Below are positions 19,669 to 29,500 of a DNA stretch of 64,000 nucleotides, piece after piece; within the stretch, counting starts at the first letter, position 1; the number at the start of each line of letters is the position of its first letter. The stretch lies in IMG/VR virus record IMGVR_UViG_3300036861_000995. The stretch is one strand, 5' to 3'. The position numbers and the translations under genes are program-made. This stretch comes from a virus. The notes beneath the pieces are model-generated. The model did no database searches. It was not told the origin of the DNA and was given only the letters and a program-made list of their open reading frames with translations.

Positions 19669-20676
19669 TCACGCCAGGGTGTTGCTGAAGAACACGCCGA
19701 GGTCCGCGGCGACGAGCTTCGAGGCGTAGGCGCTCTCGATCTCGACGCGCCTGGACTCCAGGTGATCCATCCGGAAGCGCTTGATGCGGATGCCAGCGGC
19801 GTTGCTTCCGAGGAAGCCGCGCCACGCGAACGTGAGGCCGGCGGTAGCCGCGTAGCGACCGACGTTGGGGCTCACGTAGGCGAGCAGGGCGTTGTCCCCG
19901 AGGATCGGGCTGTGCGCGTCCGCGGCGCCCTCGGCCGCGGTGTTCTGGACGCCCTCCCCGACCACGATGCGATCGAGCTCCATCAGGGCGGCCACGGACT
20001 CCTTCATCACCATCGCCGGGCCGGAGGTCTGGCCGCGGTTGATGCGGTCCAGGATAACGGGGTGGTTCTTGAGCGCGCCCCAGGTCAGGCGATCCACGAC
20101 CAGCACGTTCGGCCGAGGGAGTCCGAGGTTGATGCGATTCGCCATCCACTTCTCGATGTCCCTCAGGGGGTTCGAGTTGACGTAGTCGTCCCAGAAGATG
20201 AACTGGGTAGACGTGGGAGACGACGCGACGCCGCTGACATCCTGTCCCCACTTGCCCGTGCCCCAGTAGCGGGAAGACCAGTCGACCTCGCGGTTGATCT
20301 TCGCGGCCGTGGTCAAGAGGATCATCGCCTCCCTGTCCAGGTCGAACTGCTCGTCCGCGTTGGCCTCGTCCTGGTCCGCGATGTCGACGTGCAGCGCGAA
20401 GACGTCGCAGAAGAAACTGTCCTCGGACACCTCGTATCCGACTCCGGCCGACTCGGTCCCGGGCGCCCGCTTCTTCATCGGGTTCCGGTTGAAGTGACCT
20501 CTCGGATACACGGTGTACTTGTCGGAGCGCTTGTCGACGGGCAGCGTCGGGAACAGGCGATCGTGGACGAATCCGTCCAGGCTCTGGAACAGGGCCTGGC
20601 TCATGTTGGTGAGCGGCCGATTGGTGTGGAGCGTCCGGCCGTCCGGCTGGCCCTTGCGAATCATGGTCTGGGTCAT
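19669..20676 (-). CDS. major capsid protein, lambda gpE-like (336 aa)
   Basis: ATG (MTQTMIRK) with GGGAGAG RBS; size and block-wise resemblance to gpE; preceded by decoration-like gene; upstream part of track ORF is artefact. Confidence 0.75.
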   Translation of the reverse strand: MTQTMIRKGQPDGRTLHTNRPLTNMSQALFQSLDGFVHDRLFPTLPVDKRSDKYTVYPRGHFNRNPMKKRAPGTESAGVGYEVSEDSFFCDVFALHVDIADQDEANADEQFDLDREAMILLTTAAKINREVDWSSRYWGTGKWGQDVSGVASSPTSTQFIFWDDYVNSNPLRDIEKWMANRINLGLPRPNVLVVDRLTWGALKNHPVILDRINRGQTSGPAMVMKESVAALMELDRIVVGEGVQNTAAEGAADAHSPILGDNALLAYVSPNVGRYAATAGLTFAWRGFLGSNAAGIRIKRFRMDHLESRRVEIESAYASKLVAADLGVFFSNTLA

Positions 20677-20693
20677 GGTTGTCTCTCCCTGGA

Positions 20694-21071
20694 TCAGGCC
20701 AGCAGGTGGTGACTCGAGTCGAGCAGGACCTCGACCAGCTCGTTCGCCGCGCCGACCGAGTTCATGGCTCGGCCGAGCACATGATGCCCCGACGCGGCCG
20801 TCTGGGCCAGGCCGGAACCGTTCGAAGACACCTTGGAGCCCTGCGTGATCGCCGCAGCGGCCTTCACCTTCGCGATTCCAGCGACAGCGACCTGCGCCGC
20901 GCGACCCGCGGCGTCCGGCTGGTTCTGCAGGACGCCGTCGGCGTCGCCGCCGTTCGCCCCGACGGGGTCGATCTGGCCGTCGCTGGCCTCGACCACGAAC
21001 TTGAACTGGTGCGTGCTCAGGTCGGCCCCCGCCTCCATGCTGATGCACTCGATTTTCTCTTGCCGAGCCAT
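20694..21071 (-). CDS. head decoration-like protein (DUF2190-like, 125 aa)
   Basis: Small Ala/Gly-rich protein immediately upstream of major capsid gene. Confidence 0.4.
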   Translation of the reverse strand: MARQEKIECISMEAGADLSTHQFKFVVEASDGQIDPVGANGGDADGVLQNQPDAAGRAAQVAVAGIAKVKAAAAITQGSKVSSNGSGLAQTAASGHHVLGRAMNSVGAANELVEVLLDSSHHLLA

Positions 21072-21097
21072 TGTCTCTCCCTCTGGTTAGCGCCCTA

Positions 21098-22117
21098 TCA
21101 GGCGCAGGCTTCGGCGTAGAGTCTTCGCCCCTCGGGCGTGCCGAGCACCGCCTCGTAGGCCTTGGAGATGTCGACGCCCTTCGCCTTCGCGTGATCCTCG
21201 GCGAGCTTCTGGAGCTGCGCCTCTGCACCGTCCGTGATCGCGGGTCCGCTCGACGTCCCGCGCTCGCGGAACGCCGGCTCCAGGGAGTCGTTGCCAGCCT
21301 TCACGATCGCCTTGACAGCGTCGCGAGTGGCCGCGTCGCCGATCCCGTCGACGACCTTGAGCAGCGCGACCTTGGCCGCGGAGTCGCCGGGATAGTTCTT
21401 CAGCTCGACCTCGGCGCGCTTCGAGAACTCCGCGGTCTGTCGCGCGGACTTCTCCGCGAGCAGTGCGGCTCGATCCTCATCGGCGCTCTTCGCCATGGCG
21501 ATCATGCGCGGGTCGTCGTTCTTGCGGAACGTCTGGCCCTTCAGGTCGGTGTAGACCACCGGGTTCTCGTCCTGACTGAAACGGACGCGCTGGGCGCGCT
21601 CCTGGACCGACAGCTTCAGGAAGGACTCTCGTCCCCGCTCGTCCAGGGACTTGTGATAGGCCTTCTCGGCGTCGGACAGCTCGCCGAACGCCTTGGCGAT
21701 GTTGAGCTCGGCCTGCAGGGCCGTGAGCTGCTTCTGCACCGCCTCGAGCTGCTCGGCGGGGGTCTTGTCCGTCATGGTTCTGGTTCCTTGCTCTCCCTCG
21801 ATGGACTTCCCGAAGCTCTCGGGAATCAAGTCCTTACGGCCCAATGCTACTGCCCTGGACCTGATGTGCGCAATGGCCCTCTCGCGGTCAGAGGCGCGAC
21901 CGATGGCCTGGATGGCGTTCTGAAGATCCTGCTCGTTCTCGATCGGGAACGACCCATCAGGCAGGGCGTGACCGGCCTGAGCCGACTCGCGCCGCTCCTC
22001 AGCTCCGAACGCGCGCTTGAAGATCACGGCCCTGGCCCCCACCTGGGCAGGATTGTCCACTCCGCTGATCTCGTCGATCTCGTCGATCTCGAGCACGTTG
22101 TAGCCGGTCTTCCTCAC
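21098..22117 (-). CDS. capsid scaffolding-like coiled-coil protein (339 aa)
   Basis: Long charged helical regions; between putative protease and decoration/capsid genes. Confidence 0.45.
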   Translation of the reverse strand: MRKTGYNVLEIDEIDEISGVDNPAQVGARAVIFKRAFGAEERRESAQAGHALPDGSFPIENEQDLQNAIQAIGRASDRERAIAHIRSRAVALGRKDLIPESFGKSIEGEQGTRTMTDKTPAEQLEAVQKQLTALQAELNIAKAFGELSDAEKAYHKSLDERGRESFLKLSVQERAQRVRFSQDENPVVYTDLKGQTFRKNDDPRMIAMAKSADEDRAALLAEKSARQTAEFSKRAEVELKNYPGDSAAKVALLKVVDGIGDAATRDAVKAIVKAGNDSLEPAFRERGTSSGPAITDGAEAQLQKLAEDHAKAKGVDISKAYEAVLGTPEGRRLYAEACA

Positions 22118-22512
22118 GCGGCGGGCTCCACCCGGCGCCGACGCCCCCGGCCCCCGATCGAGAAGCCGCGCAGCTCGCCGCTCCGGAACTTGGCGAGCAT
22201 CGAGGGCTCGGGGCGCATCCCAACGAGCATCCCGGTCCTCCTGGACTGCACGCCGACCGCCTTCGCGATGTCCGCAGTCATCGGCCAGACGAAGAGCACC
22301 GTGCCGGCAGGCGCGCCGCGGTGCATCTCCTTCGCGACCCTCTCGCCGTGGGCGAACGCCGCCGCGGCCTTGAGCATGGTCGCCTCCTCGATGTGGTCGT
22401 CCTGCAGGTCGACGTAGGGCTCACCACCCTCCGTGCACACGATCCCCCAGCCAAAGACGACCCCGATAGAGTCGTCCACCTTGGCCACCTCGCAGGTCAG
22501 CTCGAAGTCCAT
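22114..22512 (-). CDS. putative prohead protease-like protein (132 aa)
   Basis: Position; weak HK97-protease-like features; low certainty. Confidence 0.3.
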   Translation of the reverse strand: MDFELTCEVAKVDDSIGVVFGWGIVCTEGGEPYVDLQDDHIEEATMLKAAAAFAHGERVAKEMHRGAPAGTVLFVWPMTADIAKAVGVQSRRTGMLVGMRPEPSMLAKFRSGELRGFSIGGRGRRRRVEPAA

Positions 22513-22523
22513 CTCCCCGACGA

Positions 22524-23426
22524 TCAGGCTACGCCCTCCGTCGCGGGGGCGCTAGCCCTCGTGACGACGCGGCAGCGGCACCCGAAGCGATCCTCGCCCG
22601 GGGCGAGAGGATCTCCGGGGAACCGTAGCTGGTTCCCGAGCCCGGACACGAACGGCTCGTCTCCCTCTCGCTCCTGGCCCTCCATGGCTCGGTGGTGCCC
22701 TCGAACCTTCGAGTCTCGACGAGTCCGCCAGCGCCTGGTGACCGACTCCGCCTCGATCAGGCCCGCGTCCACGGCCTGCCGGAGGGCCTCCCGGAGGCCG
22801 CCGTTGATCGCGGCCTGGCCCTCGGCGAGGGCCAGCGAGGAGGCGCGAGCCAGCAGCAGGCTCGCCGCCTGAGACTCGAGCATCCTCGCCGTCGGCGGCC
22901 GGCGCTCGACCTCGCCCTCGAGGGGGCGGTCCAGAACGCCCGCGAACCGGGAGAGCGACTCCACCTGCGGCGCCGTCAGCCCTACGGACAGGACGACCAG
23001 GAGCGCCACTCGCTCGAGGGGCGCGGTCGCTCCGGACGAGGACAGGGCGGCGCGGACAGCCTCCCTCTGGGCGACCGAGAGCCCGGACAGGATCCTGTCC
23101 GACTCCTCGCGGAGCTCTCGCGCCAGCTCGTCGACCGAGTGGTCCAGGGCGGGCAGCTCCCCCATCTGACGGGCGACCTCCTCGGCCGTATCCCGGAGGA
23201 CGGCCAAATAGGCCGCCTGGTAGGCGGACACCACGAGGACCGCCGCGTCCCCGAAGCGGTCCGCGATCTCCTCCTCGCGTCCCAGGGCCACGAGCCTCTC
23301 GACCTCGCGCAGGTCGAGGCCCTCTCGGGCGGACCTCGCGGCCCGGACCACCGCGCGGCGAATCTCGATCTCGGCGCGCGCCAGGAGGCGCTCGAGGCGC
23401 TCCTCGGAGTCGACGAAGTCGGTCAT
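22524..23426 (-). CDS. phage head morphogenesis protein, Mu F / SPP1 gp7 family
   Basis: C-terminal signature RTRRDSKVRGHHRAMEGQ...FPGDP...CRCRV typical of Phage_Mu_F. Confidence 0.8.
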   Translation of the reverse strand: MTDFVDSEERLERLLARAEIEIRRAVVRAARSAREGLDLREVERLVALGREEEIADRFGDAAVLVVSAYQAAYLAVLRDTAEEVARQMGELPALDHSVDELARELREESDRILSGLSVAQREAVRAALSSSGATAPLERVALLVVLSVGLTAPQVESLSRFAGVLDRPLEGEVERRPPTARMLESQAASLLLARASSLALAEGQAAINGGLREALRQAVDAGLIEAESVTRRWRTRRDSKVRGHHRAMEGQEREGDEPFVSGLGNQLRFPGDPLAPGEDRFGCRCRVVTRASAPATEGVA

Positions 23427-23800
23427 CCTCGGCAGGCGCAGAGGTAAACGGCCCGAGCGGGGTCGGTGGAGACGCCGTCGCCCACGATCTCGAGCTGCTC
23501 GCCCAGGATCTTGATCCGATCTCCCGGGGCGGGGGTGATCCCGCGCGGCAGGGTGTCACCCACGATCAGGACCAGTCTCCCGGACTGCTGGGTCTCCGAT
23601 CCCTGCCTCCGCGTCTCCTCGGAGTTGTCCTCCAGGGCGCGGCAGGGGTAGGTCTTGTACGAGATGGCGAGGCCGGCCGTGGAGTCCGCCGAGTCGCGCT
23701 GCCCCGCGACCTGCTTCAGGAGCTGGGCCCGCGGCAGGCCGCGCGCCACGGCACGCCGAACCTGACCGCTGACGTCCTGGCCGAACAGGCGAACTCCCAC
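23423..23800 (-). CDS. hypothetical protein (125 aa)
   Basis: ORF with codon bias in late operon. Confidence 0.4.
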   Translation of the reverse strand: MGVRLFGQDVSGQVRRAVARGLPRAQLLKQVAGQRDSADSTAGLAISYKTYPCRALEDNSEETRRQGSETQQSGRLVLIVGDTLPRGITPAPGDRIKILGEQLEIVGDGVSTDPARAVYLCACRG

Positions 23801-24388
23801 CTACGGGAGCCCTCCGAGCAGGCTGAACTGGTCGTCGTCGTCGAACTGGGAGCAGTCGCAGGTCCCGAAGTCCTCGGCAGCGCCCTCGCTCGTAGCCGCG
23901 CCGGATCCGGCGAGGAACGGGGCGAGCAGGTCCTGGATCCGGGGCGGGAACCGCGTGATCGGCAGGAAGGCGCCCGGGGCGAAGTTCTCCACCTCGACCG
24001 AGCCGGCCCTCACGCGCCTGACCGCGGTCGCGGCCGAGCTGATCTGGGCCTCGAGCTCCGGGTCCTGCGAGACCTCGAAGGTGAGGAGGGCGTGGGCCTG
24101 CCTCACGTCCTCGGGCGTAGTGTTCGCCGCCAGGGCGGTGCCGTATCGGTCGGTCAGGCCATCGCGCGGAAAGGCCCTGGTCTGGGTCGGCGGCTGGCTG
24201 GTCGGCGTGCCCTCGTACCGAACCTGGTCCATCAGCAGGGTGGCCGAGATCGCCGAGCGAATCTGGTCGTCGGGATCGACGGACTCCCACAGGGCCGCGG
24301 CCCGGATGGAGTCTCCGAGCCTCGTGTTGAGGGCCGCGATCAGGTTGTAGGTGTTCCCCGCGGGACCGTCGTTCAGGGGCGTGGGCAT
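23801..24388 (-). CDS. hypothetical protein (195 aa)
   Basis: ORF with codon bias in late operon. Confidence 0.45.
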   Translation of the reverse strand: MPTPLNDGPAGNTYNLIAALNTRLGDSIRAAALWESVDPDDQIRSAISATLLMDQVRYEGTPTSQPPTQTRAFPRDGLTDRYGTALAANTTPEDVRQAHALLTFEVSQDPELEAQISSAATAVRRVRAGSVEVENFAPGAFLPITRFPPRIQDLLAPFLAGSGAATSEGAAEDFGTCDCSQFDDDDQFSLLGGLP

Positions 24389-24392
24389 AAGA

Positions 24393-24800
24393 TCAGGCGT
24401 TGGTCACGTTGGGCAGGACCGAGAGGACCCCCGTCGCGGCTACGACCGGGTTCCCGAGCGAGTCGAACACCTCGAGCTCGTGGTAGTAGTCCCGGGGAGC
24501 GGAGAGATCGTCGGTGTCCGTTTCGTCCAGGATCACCTCGAGCTTCCCCTGCGTGGCGTCCGTCTTGACGACCTTCGTCGGGTGCGTCGTGGAGTTGAGG
24601 TCGATCACCGGGGTCGCCACGATCGGATCGCCCTGCGCGTTCAGCCGGGCGATCGCGTACTTGATGAGGTAGGTCGTGATGTCCAGGGGCGGCTCCCCCG
24701 CCGCGTCCTCATCGAGGACCGTGAACCGCAGCACCACGCGGTTGTTCCTGTAGATCGTCGCGTCCTGGCCAGTCTTCGCCACCTCAGAAGCTCCCCTCAA
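24393..24800 (-). CDS. hypothetical beta-rich protein (135 aa)
   Basis: ORF with codon bias. Confidence 0.45.
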   Translation of the reverse strand: MRGASEVAKTGQDATIYRNNRVVLRFTVLDEDAAGEPPLDITTYLIKYAIARLNAQGDPIVATPVIDLNSTTHPTKVVKTDATQGKLEVILDETDTDDLSAPRDYYHELEVFDSLGNPVVAATGVLSVLPNVTNA

Positions 24801-25958
24801 GATCGTAGACGGACTGCCTGGAGGCGTCGAGGGACGCCGTCCCGAGCCGTCCGGCGAGCAGCGCCGTCGCGAGGCGACGGCCGGCCTCCAGGACGACGAG
24901 GTCGAAGATGGCCTGGGCGTCCGTCCCGAAGAGCACCGCCTCCGGCACGGTAACCTGCCCGGTCGCGACGAAGCGCTCCAGGGCGGCGCCGGACAGCAGG
25001 GCCCTCGGCACGACTAGCCCGCCCTGGGCCCGGAAGATCAGGAGGGCCGACCCCGCCAGAGCCGCCCGGGTCGCTGCCAAGGCTCCCGAGCTCGAGAACC
25101 TCTCGGCCGCGGAGCCGGCCACGATCGCTCCGTCGAAGGCGAGCGCTCCGGAGGCGGAGAACCTCTCGAGCGCGGAACCGGAGAGGACCGCGTCGAAGGA
25201 CGCAGCTCCTGAGGCGGAGAACCTCTCCAGGGCCATCCCCGAGAAGGCCGCGGGCCCGGCGCTGAGACTCCCCGTCGCGGAGAAGCGCTCGAGGGCGACG
25301 GCCGACAGCACGACGACTCCGACCGAGATGCCTCCCGCCCCCGTGATCTGATCTCCGACCGTCGTGGTGGCCTGTCCCGAGAGCGCGGTCGGCGGCTCGG
25401 TGATGGAGCCGCTGGCCAGGAACTTCTCTAGGGCCTGACCGGAGAGGACCGTAGGCGACTGAGAGAGCGATCCCGAGGCGAGGAACCTCTCCAGAGCCTG
25501 ACCGGAGAGGGCCGTCGGCGACTGAGAGAGCGCTCCGCTGGCGAGGAATCTCTCCAGCGCCTGACCAGAGAGCGCGGTCGGCGGCTCGGTGATGGAGCCG
25601 CTGGCCAGGAACTTCTCTAGGGCCTGACCGGAGAGCCCGGTCGCGGCCTGCTGGAGGCCGCCCGAGGCCGCGAATCTCTCCGCCGCCTGGCCGGCGAGCA
25701 GGGCCGGCGACTCCTGGATGGAGCCAGAGGCGGAGAACCTCTCCGCCGCCTGTCCGGCCAGCGCAGCGACTGCCAACTGAGTGGCTCCGGAGGCGGAGAA
25801 CTTCTCCGCGGCGGAACCCGACAGGGCCGCGGGGCGAGCGGTAATCCCGCCGTCGGCGGAGCGGGGCGGCTTCGGGGAGAAGTTCCCCGTGCCCCTCTGA
25901 ACGCCGCGGTTCCGCCTGACCGTCGGCGGTCGGCGGTGGACCCAGGCCCGGAAGAACA
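24784..25958 (-). CDS. tandem-repeat fibrous protein, about 16 units of a 21-aa repeat (consensus SGQALERFLASGSxSxxPTAL)
   Basis: GTG start right after stop of upstream gene with GGAGG RBS; DNA shows near-identical 63-nt tandem units (e.g. copies at 25379 and 25568, 189 nt apart). Confidence 0.6.
25020..25830 (-). repeat. 63-bp (21-codon) in-frame tandem repeat array inside the repeat-protein gene
   Basis: Direct reading: repeated ...gagagcgcggtcggcggctcggtgatggagccgctggccaggaacttctctagggcctgaccggagag... units. Confidence 0.7.
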
Positions 25959-26414
25959 CTACACCTCCGCGAAGGTGACGCGGGCGGTCAGCGTGATGCC
26001 GTCGGCGACGGAGGGGATCCTGAAGGCGATGATGCCTCCAGGGGGCACGTAGATGCGCTCCTCGGGGATCGGCTGGTAGAACCACCCGTTCGCCACGGGA
26101 AAGCTCTCCTCGATCACCTCGGTCACCGTGCCGCCCGCGGTCGTATTACTGACCTCGGCCGTGGCGGACGAGGCCGGGTCGTTGCTGTTGTGCTTGGCGG
26201 GGGTCTGGGACGATCCGTTGGAGCCGGAGGTGGCGTAGCGGCGAATCAAGATCCGCAGGTGCTCCGCGTTGGCGTCTCCAGCGTCAGCCGTGCCGACCTG
26301 CCCGATGAAGGCGGACAGGATCAGGACGCCGGTCGTTGAGCCGGCCGTGATCTCGACCATGTCCTGGGCACCCGAGACGGCGACGTTGGGCTGGGTGACC
26401 GTGTAGACGCGCAT
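25959..26414 (-). CDS. hypothetical protein (151 aa)
   Basis: ORF with codon bias; stop abuts GTG of repeat protein. Confidence 0.45.
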   Translation of the reverse strand: MRVYTVTQPNVAVSGAQDMVEITAGSTTGVLILSAFIGQVGTADAGDANAEHLRILIRRYATSGSNGSSQTPAKHNSNDPASSATAEVSNTTAGGTVTEVIEESFPVANGWFYQPIPEERIYVPPGGIIAFRIPSVADGITLTARVTFAEV

Positions 26415-26474
26415 TCTCTCTCCTCTCGCTCCTGGACTCCAGGGTACTTCCGATTGACCGCTCCAGGGAGGGAC

Positions 26475-27752
26475 CTACATGCGACCAAGAGGGCCGATCG
26501 GCCGCCTCAGGAATGGCGCCGGACTTACCCTGGACTCCCCGATGGCCAACATCGCGATGAACCGAGTGGCGCTGACCGCGTCGTTCACGTTGATCCGAAC
26601 GCCCGTCGAGATGAAACTGACGAGGGACGCGGCCCAGTCGTGGTCCGTGTCGGAGTTCAGGATGTCGACGACGTTCGAGTTCGAGGCGATGTCCTGCGAG
26701 TCGGACACGGACTGGTTGTCTCGCGAGTTCATCCCGACCGAGGCGGCGGCCGAGGCCGAGCTGGCCCCGCCGAGGCTGAGATTGCCCTGGCCGCTGCCAA
26801 TCGTGTTCACCGACGCGACGCGGACCGCTCCGAGGAGCATCGCAATAGGCTTGAAGCCGGGATCGGTGATGTCCTTGTCCCCGCTCGTGGCCGTCAGGCT
26901 GGGGGCGCCTGCCCAGCAGGGCAGCCCGCCGACCGCCAGGGCGAGGTACATCGCCTGCATGGCGACGGCGGCGTTCCGGGTCGTGATCGTGTACGTGGTG
27001 GTGTCGAAGCTGGCCTCGAGCCGAGTGCCCTCAGTCACGGTGCCGCTCGAGGACGAGAGCTTCGTCACGATCGCGTCGTTCCGTATCAGGACGCCCATCG
27101 ACGTCGCCGTGCTGAAGTCGTTTTCCGCGACCCAGGCGCTGCACGCCTGAGTAACCGAGCTCAGTCTCCCGGCGTAGCCGACCGAGATCATCCCTCCGGC
27201 CCCGTTCCCGTCGGCGACGAAGTCCTGGCCGACGGAGACTCCGATCAGCGCGTCGGGCTGGAACCCCGGCGCTGAGGCCGGATTCGCGGTGCCCCCAATG
27301 GAGGACGAGGACGCGAAGCTCGCGACGTGGACCTGAAGGTCGTCGCCGTAGAAGAGGATCACGAAGCCGCGCAGAGTGGTCGCGGCCGACCAGTTGATTA
27401 CGACCTCGTCGAGTCCGAAGCTGACCCACGCCGCCTCGACGTCCAGGCTTCCTCCGCCCGTGGCGGGCATCTGAAGAATCGTCGCCGTGTCGATTCTGTA
27501 CGCCGAGTCGGCCACTGCGGCCAACTGAGTATTCTCGGCCATGACGCCTACCGATCGCTGAGTCGTCCCGTCCGTCATGCCGACGCTGACGCGCGCCGAG
27601 CTCCCGACGATCGTGTCCAGCGATGTCGCGCCCGAGAGGAAGAAGACGGCGGCCTTCGGCGTCTTACCGAGCGCGGCCGAATCCGTGATGGTCTGGTTCC
27701 CGCTCGCGTTGTTGCCCTGGAAGGGGACTACGCTGACGAAGACGTCCGTCAC
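26475..27752 (-). CDS. hypothetical Ser/Thr/Gly-rich beta-type protein (425 aa), possibly structural
   Basis: Composition; located in late operon. Confidence 0.5.
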   Translation of the reverse strand: MTDVFVSVVPFQGNNASGNQTITDSAALGKTPKAAVFFLSGATSLDTIVGSSARVSVGMTDGTTQRSVGVMAENTQLAAVADSAYRIDTATILQMPATGGGSLDVEAAWVSFGLDEVVINWSAATTLRGFVILFYGDDLQVHVASFASSSSIGGTANPASAPGFQPDALIGVSVGQDFVADGNGAGGMISVGYAGRLSSVTQACSAWVAENDFSTATSMGVLIRNDAIVTKLSSSSGTVTEGTRLEASFDTTTYTITTRNAAVAMQAMYLALAVGGLPCWAGAPSLTATSGDKDITDPGFKPIAMLLGAVRVASVNTIGSGQGNLSLGGASSASAAASVGMNSRDNQSVSDSQDIASNSNVVDILNSDTDHDWAASLVSFISTGVRINVNDAVSATRFIAMLAIGESRVSPAPFLRRPIGPLGRM

Positions 27753-29074
27753 GGCAGCACGGCCGAGTCTGACCAGGACCGCATTGAGGCAGCGTCGGCC
27801 AGATACGACGAGTCCAGGATCCGGTTCACGAGCTCGGAAGGGTCGAGGGCTAGGTCGTAGAGCTCCTCGCGGTCGAAGCTCTTGTCACCGTCGTCGTCCA
27901 GTCGCCGAAGCTTGAGCTGGTGACCGACCGCCGTGGCGCCCGACCGAGCGACGACTCCCACGTCGCCCTCGGGCTCGCCCCACTTGGCCCCGCACAAGAC
28001 CATGTCGTGCGGTGGCGCGTGTGCTAGGCCGTCCAGGATCGGTACCAGCGAGACCGAGGCCGTGGGGAACGGCAGACCCGTCGGGAGCGAGTACCCGCCG
28101 AGCTCGATGATCGTGGACCAGAGGTCTACGGCGTGCACGAGCTCGCCGCTGACGACGCCCTGGAGCACGGGCCCTCCGCAGACGACCAGCGGGACTCGCA
28201 CTCCGCGCTCGAAGGACGTCGCCTTGGCCTTGCCGGGATCTGGAGCGACCTGCGGCGGCGTGCCGTTGTCCCCCACCACGATGACCACGGTCGTCTGCAG
28301 GTCGACGAGGCCGAGCATCGCCGCGAGCATCCGGTCGTAGGCAACGATCATCGCCTCGAAGCGCTGGCGCTGCGTCGTCGGCGGTGGGTAGCCGATCGGC
28401 AGCATGTCAGGCGGCGGGACGTGGAAGGGAGAGTGCGCCAGGTTGCAGCAGACGACTGTGAGGCTCGGCTGCGGCGCCGAGGGGAAGCCGGAGATGAAGG
28501 AGTCGCGGAGCGCCCTGGGCTCGTAGACCAGTGAGCGCACCTCGGCGCACGTCGGCGGAGAGACGCGGCCGGTGACCCGGTCCCAGCTCATGTAGCTGGT
28601 GCCGTTGCACGCCTGGACGTTTCCCCGGATTCCCTGCAAGTGGAACTGGTAGCCGTCCTCGATCGCGGCGCACAGGGCCTGCCCAGTGATGGGCCCGACG
28701 CCGAGGTGCCACTTGCCGAAGATCGCGGACGAGTGGAGCGGCATGGCCTCCGGCAGGAAGACCTCGCTAGCGAGGGGCGTGTTCGGCTCGATCCCGTCCG
28801 AGCATCCCTCTCCGTTGCCCGTGGCCCACCAGTGCCCGGTCTGGATCATCCTCCGCGTGGGAGAGCATGTCGGGGAGGCGTAGGCGTCGTCGAAGCGGAC
28901 TCCAGCGCCAGCGAGCGCCTCGATGTTGGGAGTCGAGACCGGACCGCCGTAGAGGGCCAGGTCGGCCGCCGCCACGTCGTCGAGCACGACGAGGACGACG
29001 GAGAACGCGGGTCCCGGGGACGACCGAGCCACCTCGCCGCGTGCGGCGAGGGCCAGCATCGCGGCGGCGAGCAC
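27749..29074 (-). CDS. secreted formylglycine-type (Cys-type) sulfatase
   Basis: N-terminal signal peptide; metal-binding VVLDD; signature CSPTRRMIQTG (C-x-P-x-R...TG); conserved GKWHLG. Confidence 0.8.
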   Translation of the reverse strand: MLAAAMLALAARGEVARSSPGPAFSVVLVVLDDVAAADLALYGGPVSTPNIEALAGAGVRFDDAYASPTCSPTRRMIQTGHWWATGNGEGCSDGIEPNTPLASEVFLPEAMPLHSSAIFGKWHLGVGPITGQALCAAIEDGYQFHLQGIRGNVQACNGTSYMSWDRVTGRVSPPTCAEVRSLVYEPRALRDSFISGFPSAPQPSLTVVCCNLAHSPFHVPPPDMLPIGYPPPTTQRQRFEAMIVAYDRMLAAMLGLVDLQTTVVIVVGDNGTPPQVAPDPGKAKATSFERGVRVPLVVCGGPVLQGVVSGELVHAVDLWSTIIELGGYSLPTGLPFPTASVSLVPILDGLAHAPPHDMVLCGAKWGEPEGDVGVVARSGATAVGHQLKLRRLDDDGDKSFDREELYDLALDPSELVNRILDSSYLADAASMRSWSDSAVLP

Positions 29075-29077
29075 GGC

Positions 29078-29500
29078 TCAGGACTCCGGGACCGTCACCG
29101 TGAAGGACGTGACCGAGACGATCGCGCCCGACGATATGGCCGTGGAGTTGAAGTTGAGCTCGGAGCCGCTGACGGCACACGCGCCCTGGATCTCGCTCGT
29201 GCCGTCCGACTGAACCATCCGGAAGAACGTCGCCGTGCCGGTGGCGTTGGCCGAGGTGTCGTCCGAGATGGCAGACGCCGTGGCCCGCGCGCCGGGGTTG
29301 AGATCGGCCGCCGCCCCGAAGGCCGGGTCCGACATGGTCAGCTCGGCGAGCAGGGTCTGCGCTCCGAGCGCGGCGTCGGCATCCGCCGGGACTGACCCGG
29401 CGTAGATCCTCAGCAGCGCCGCGCCGGTGCCCAGGTCCAGACGATCGACGATCGCGTCGCAGGCCGCCTTGGCGGCATTGTTCGAGATGAAGCCGGTCAC
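29078..29500 (-). CDS. hypothetical protein (140 aa)
   Basis: ORF with codon bias. Confidence 0.4.
   Translation of the reverse strand: MTGFISNNAAKAACDAIVDRLDLGTGAALLRIYAGSVPADADAALGAQTLLAELTMSDPAFGAAADLNPGARATASAISDDTSANATGTATFFRMVQSDGTSEIQGACAVSGSELNFNSTAISSGAIVSVTSFTVTVPES

Noticed and set aside
20694-21071. Calling the 125-aa protein a lambda gpD homologue
   Set aside because: No sequence resemblance to gpD. Only position and size support a decoration role, so it is labelled decoration-like at low confidence.
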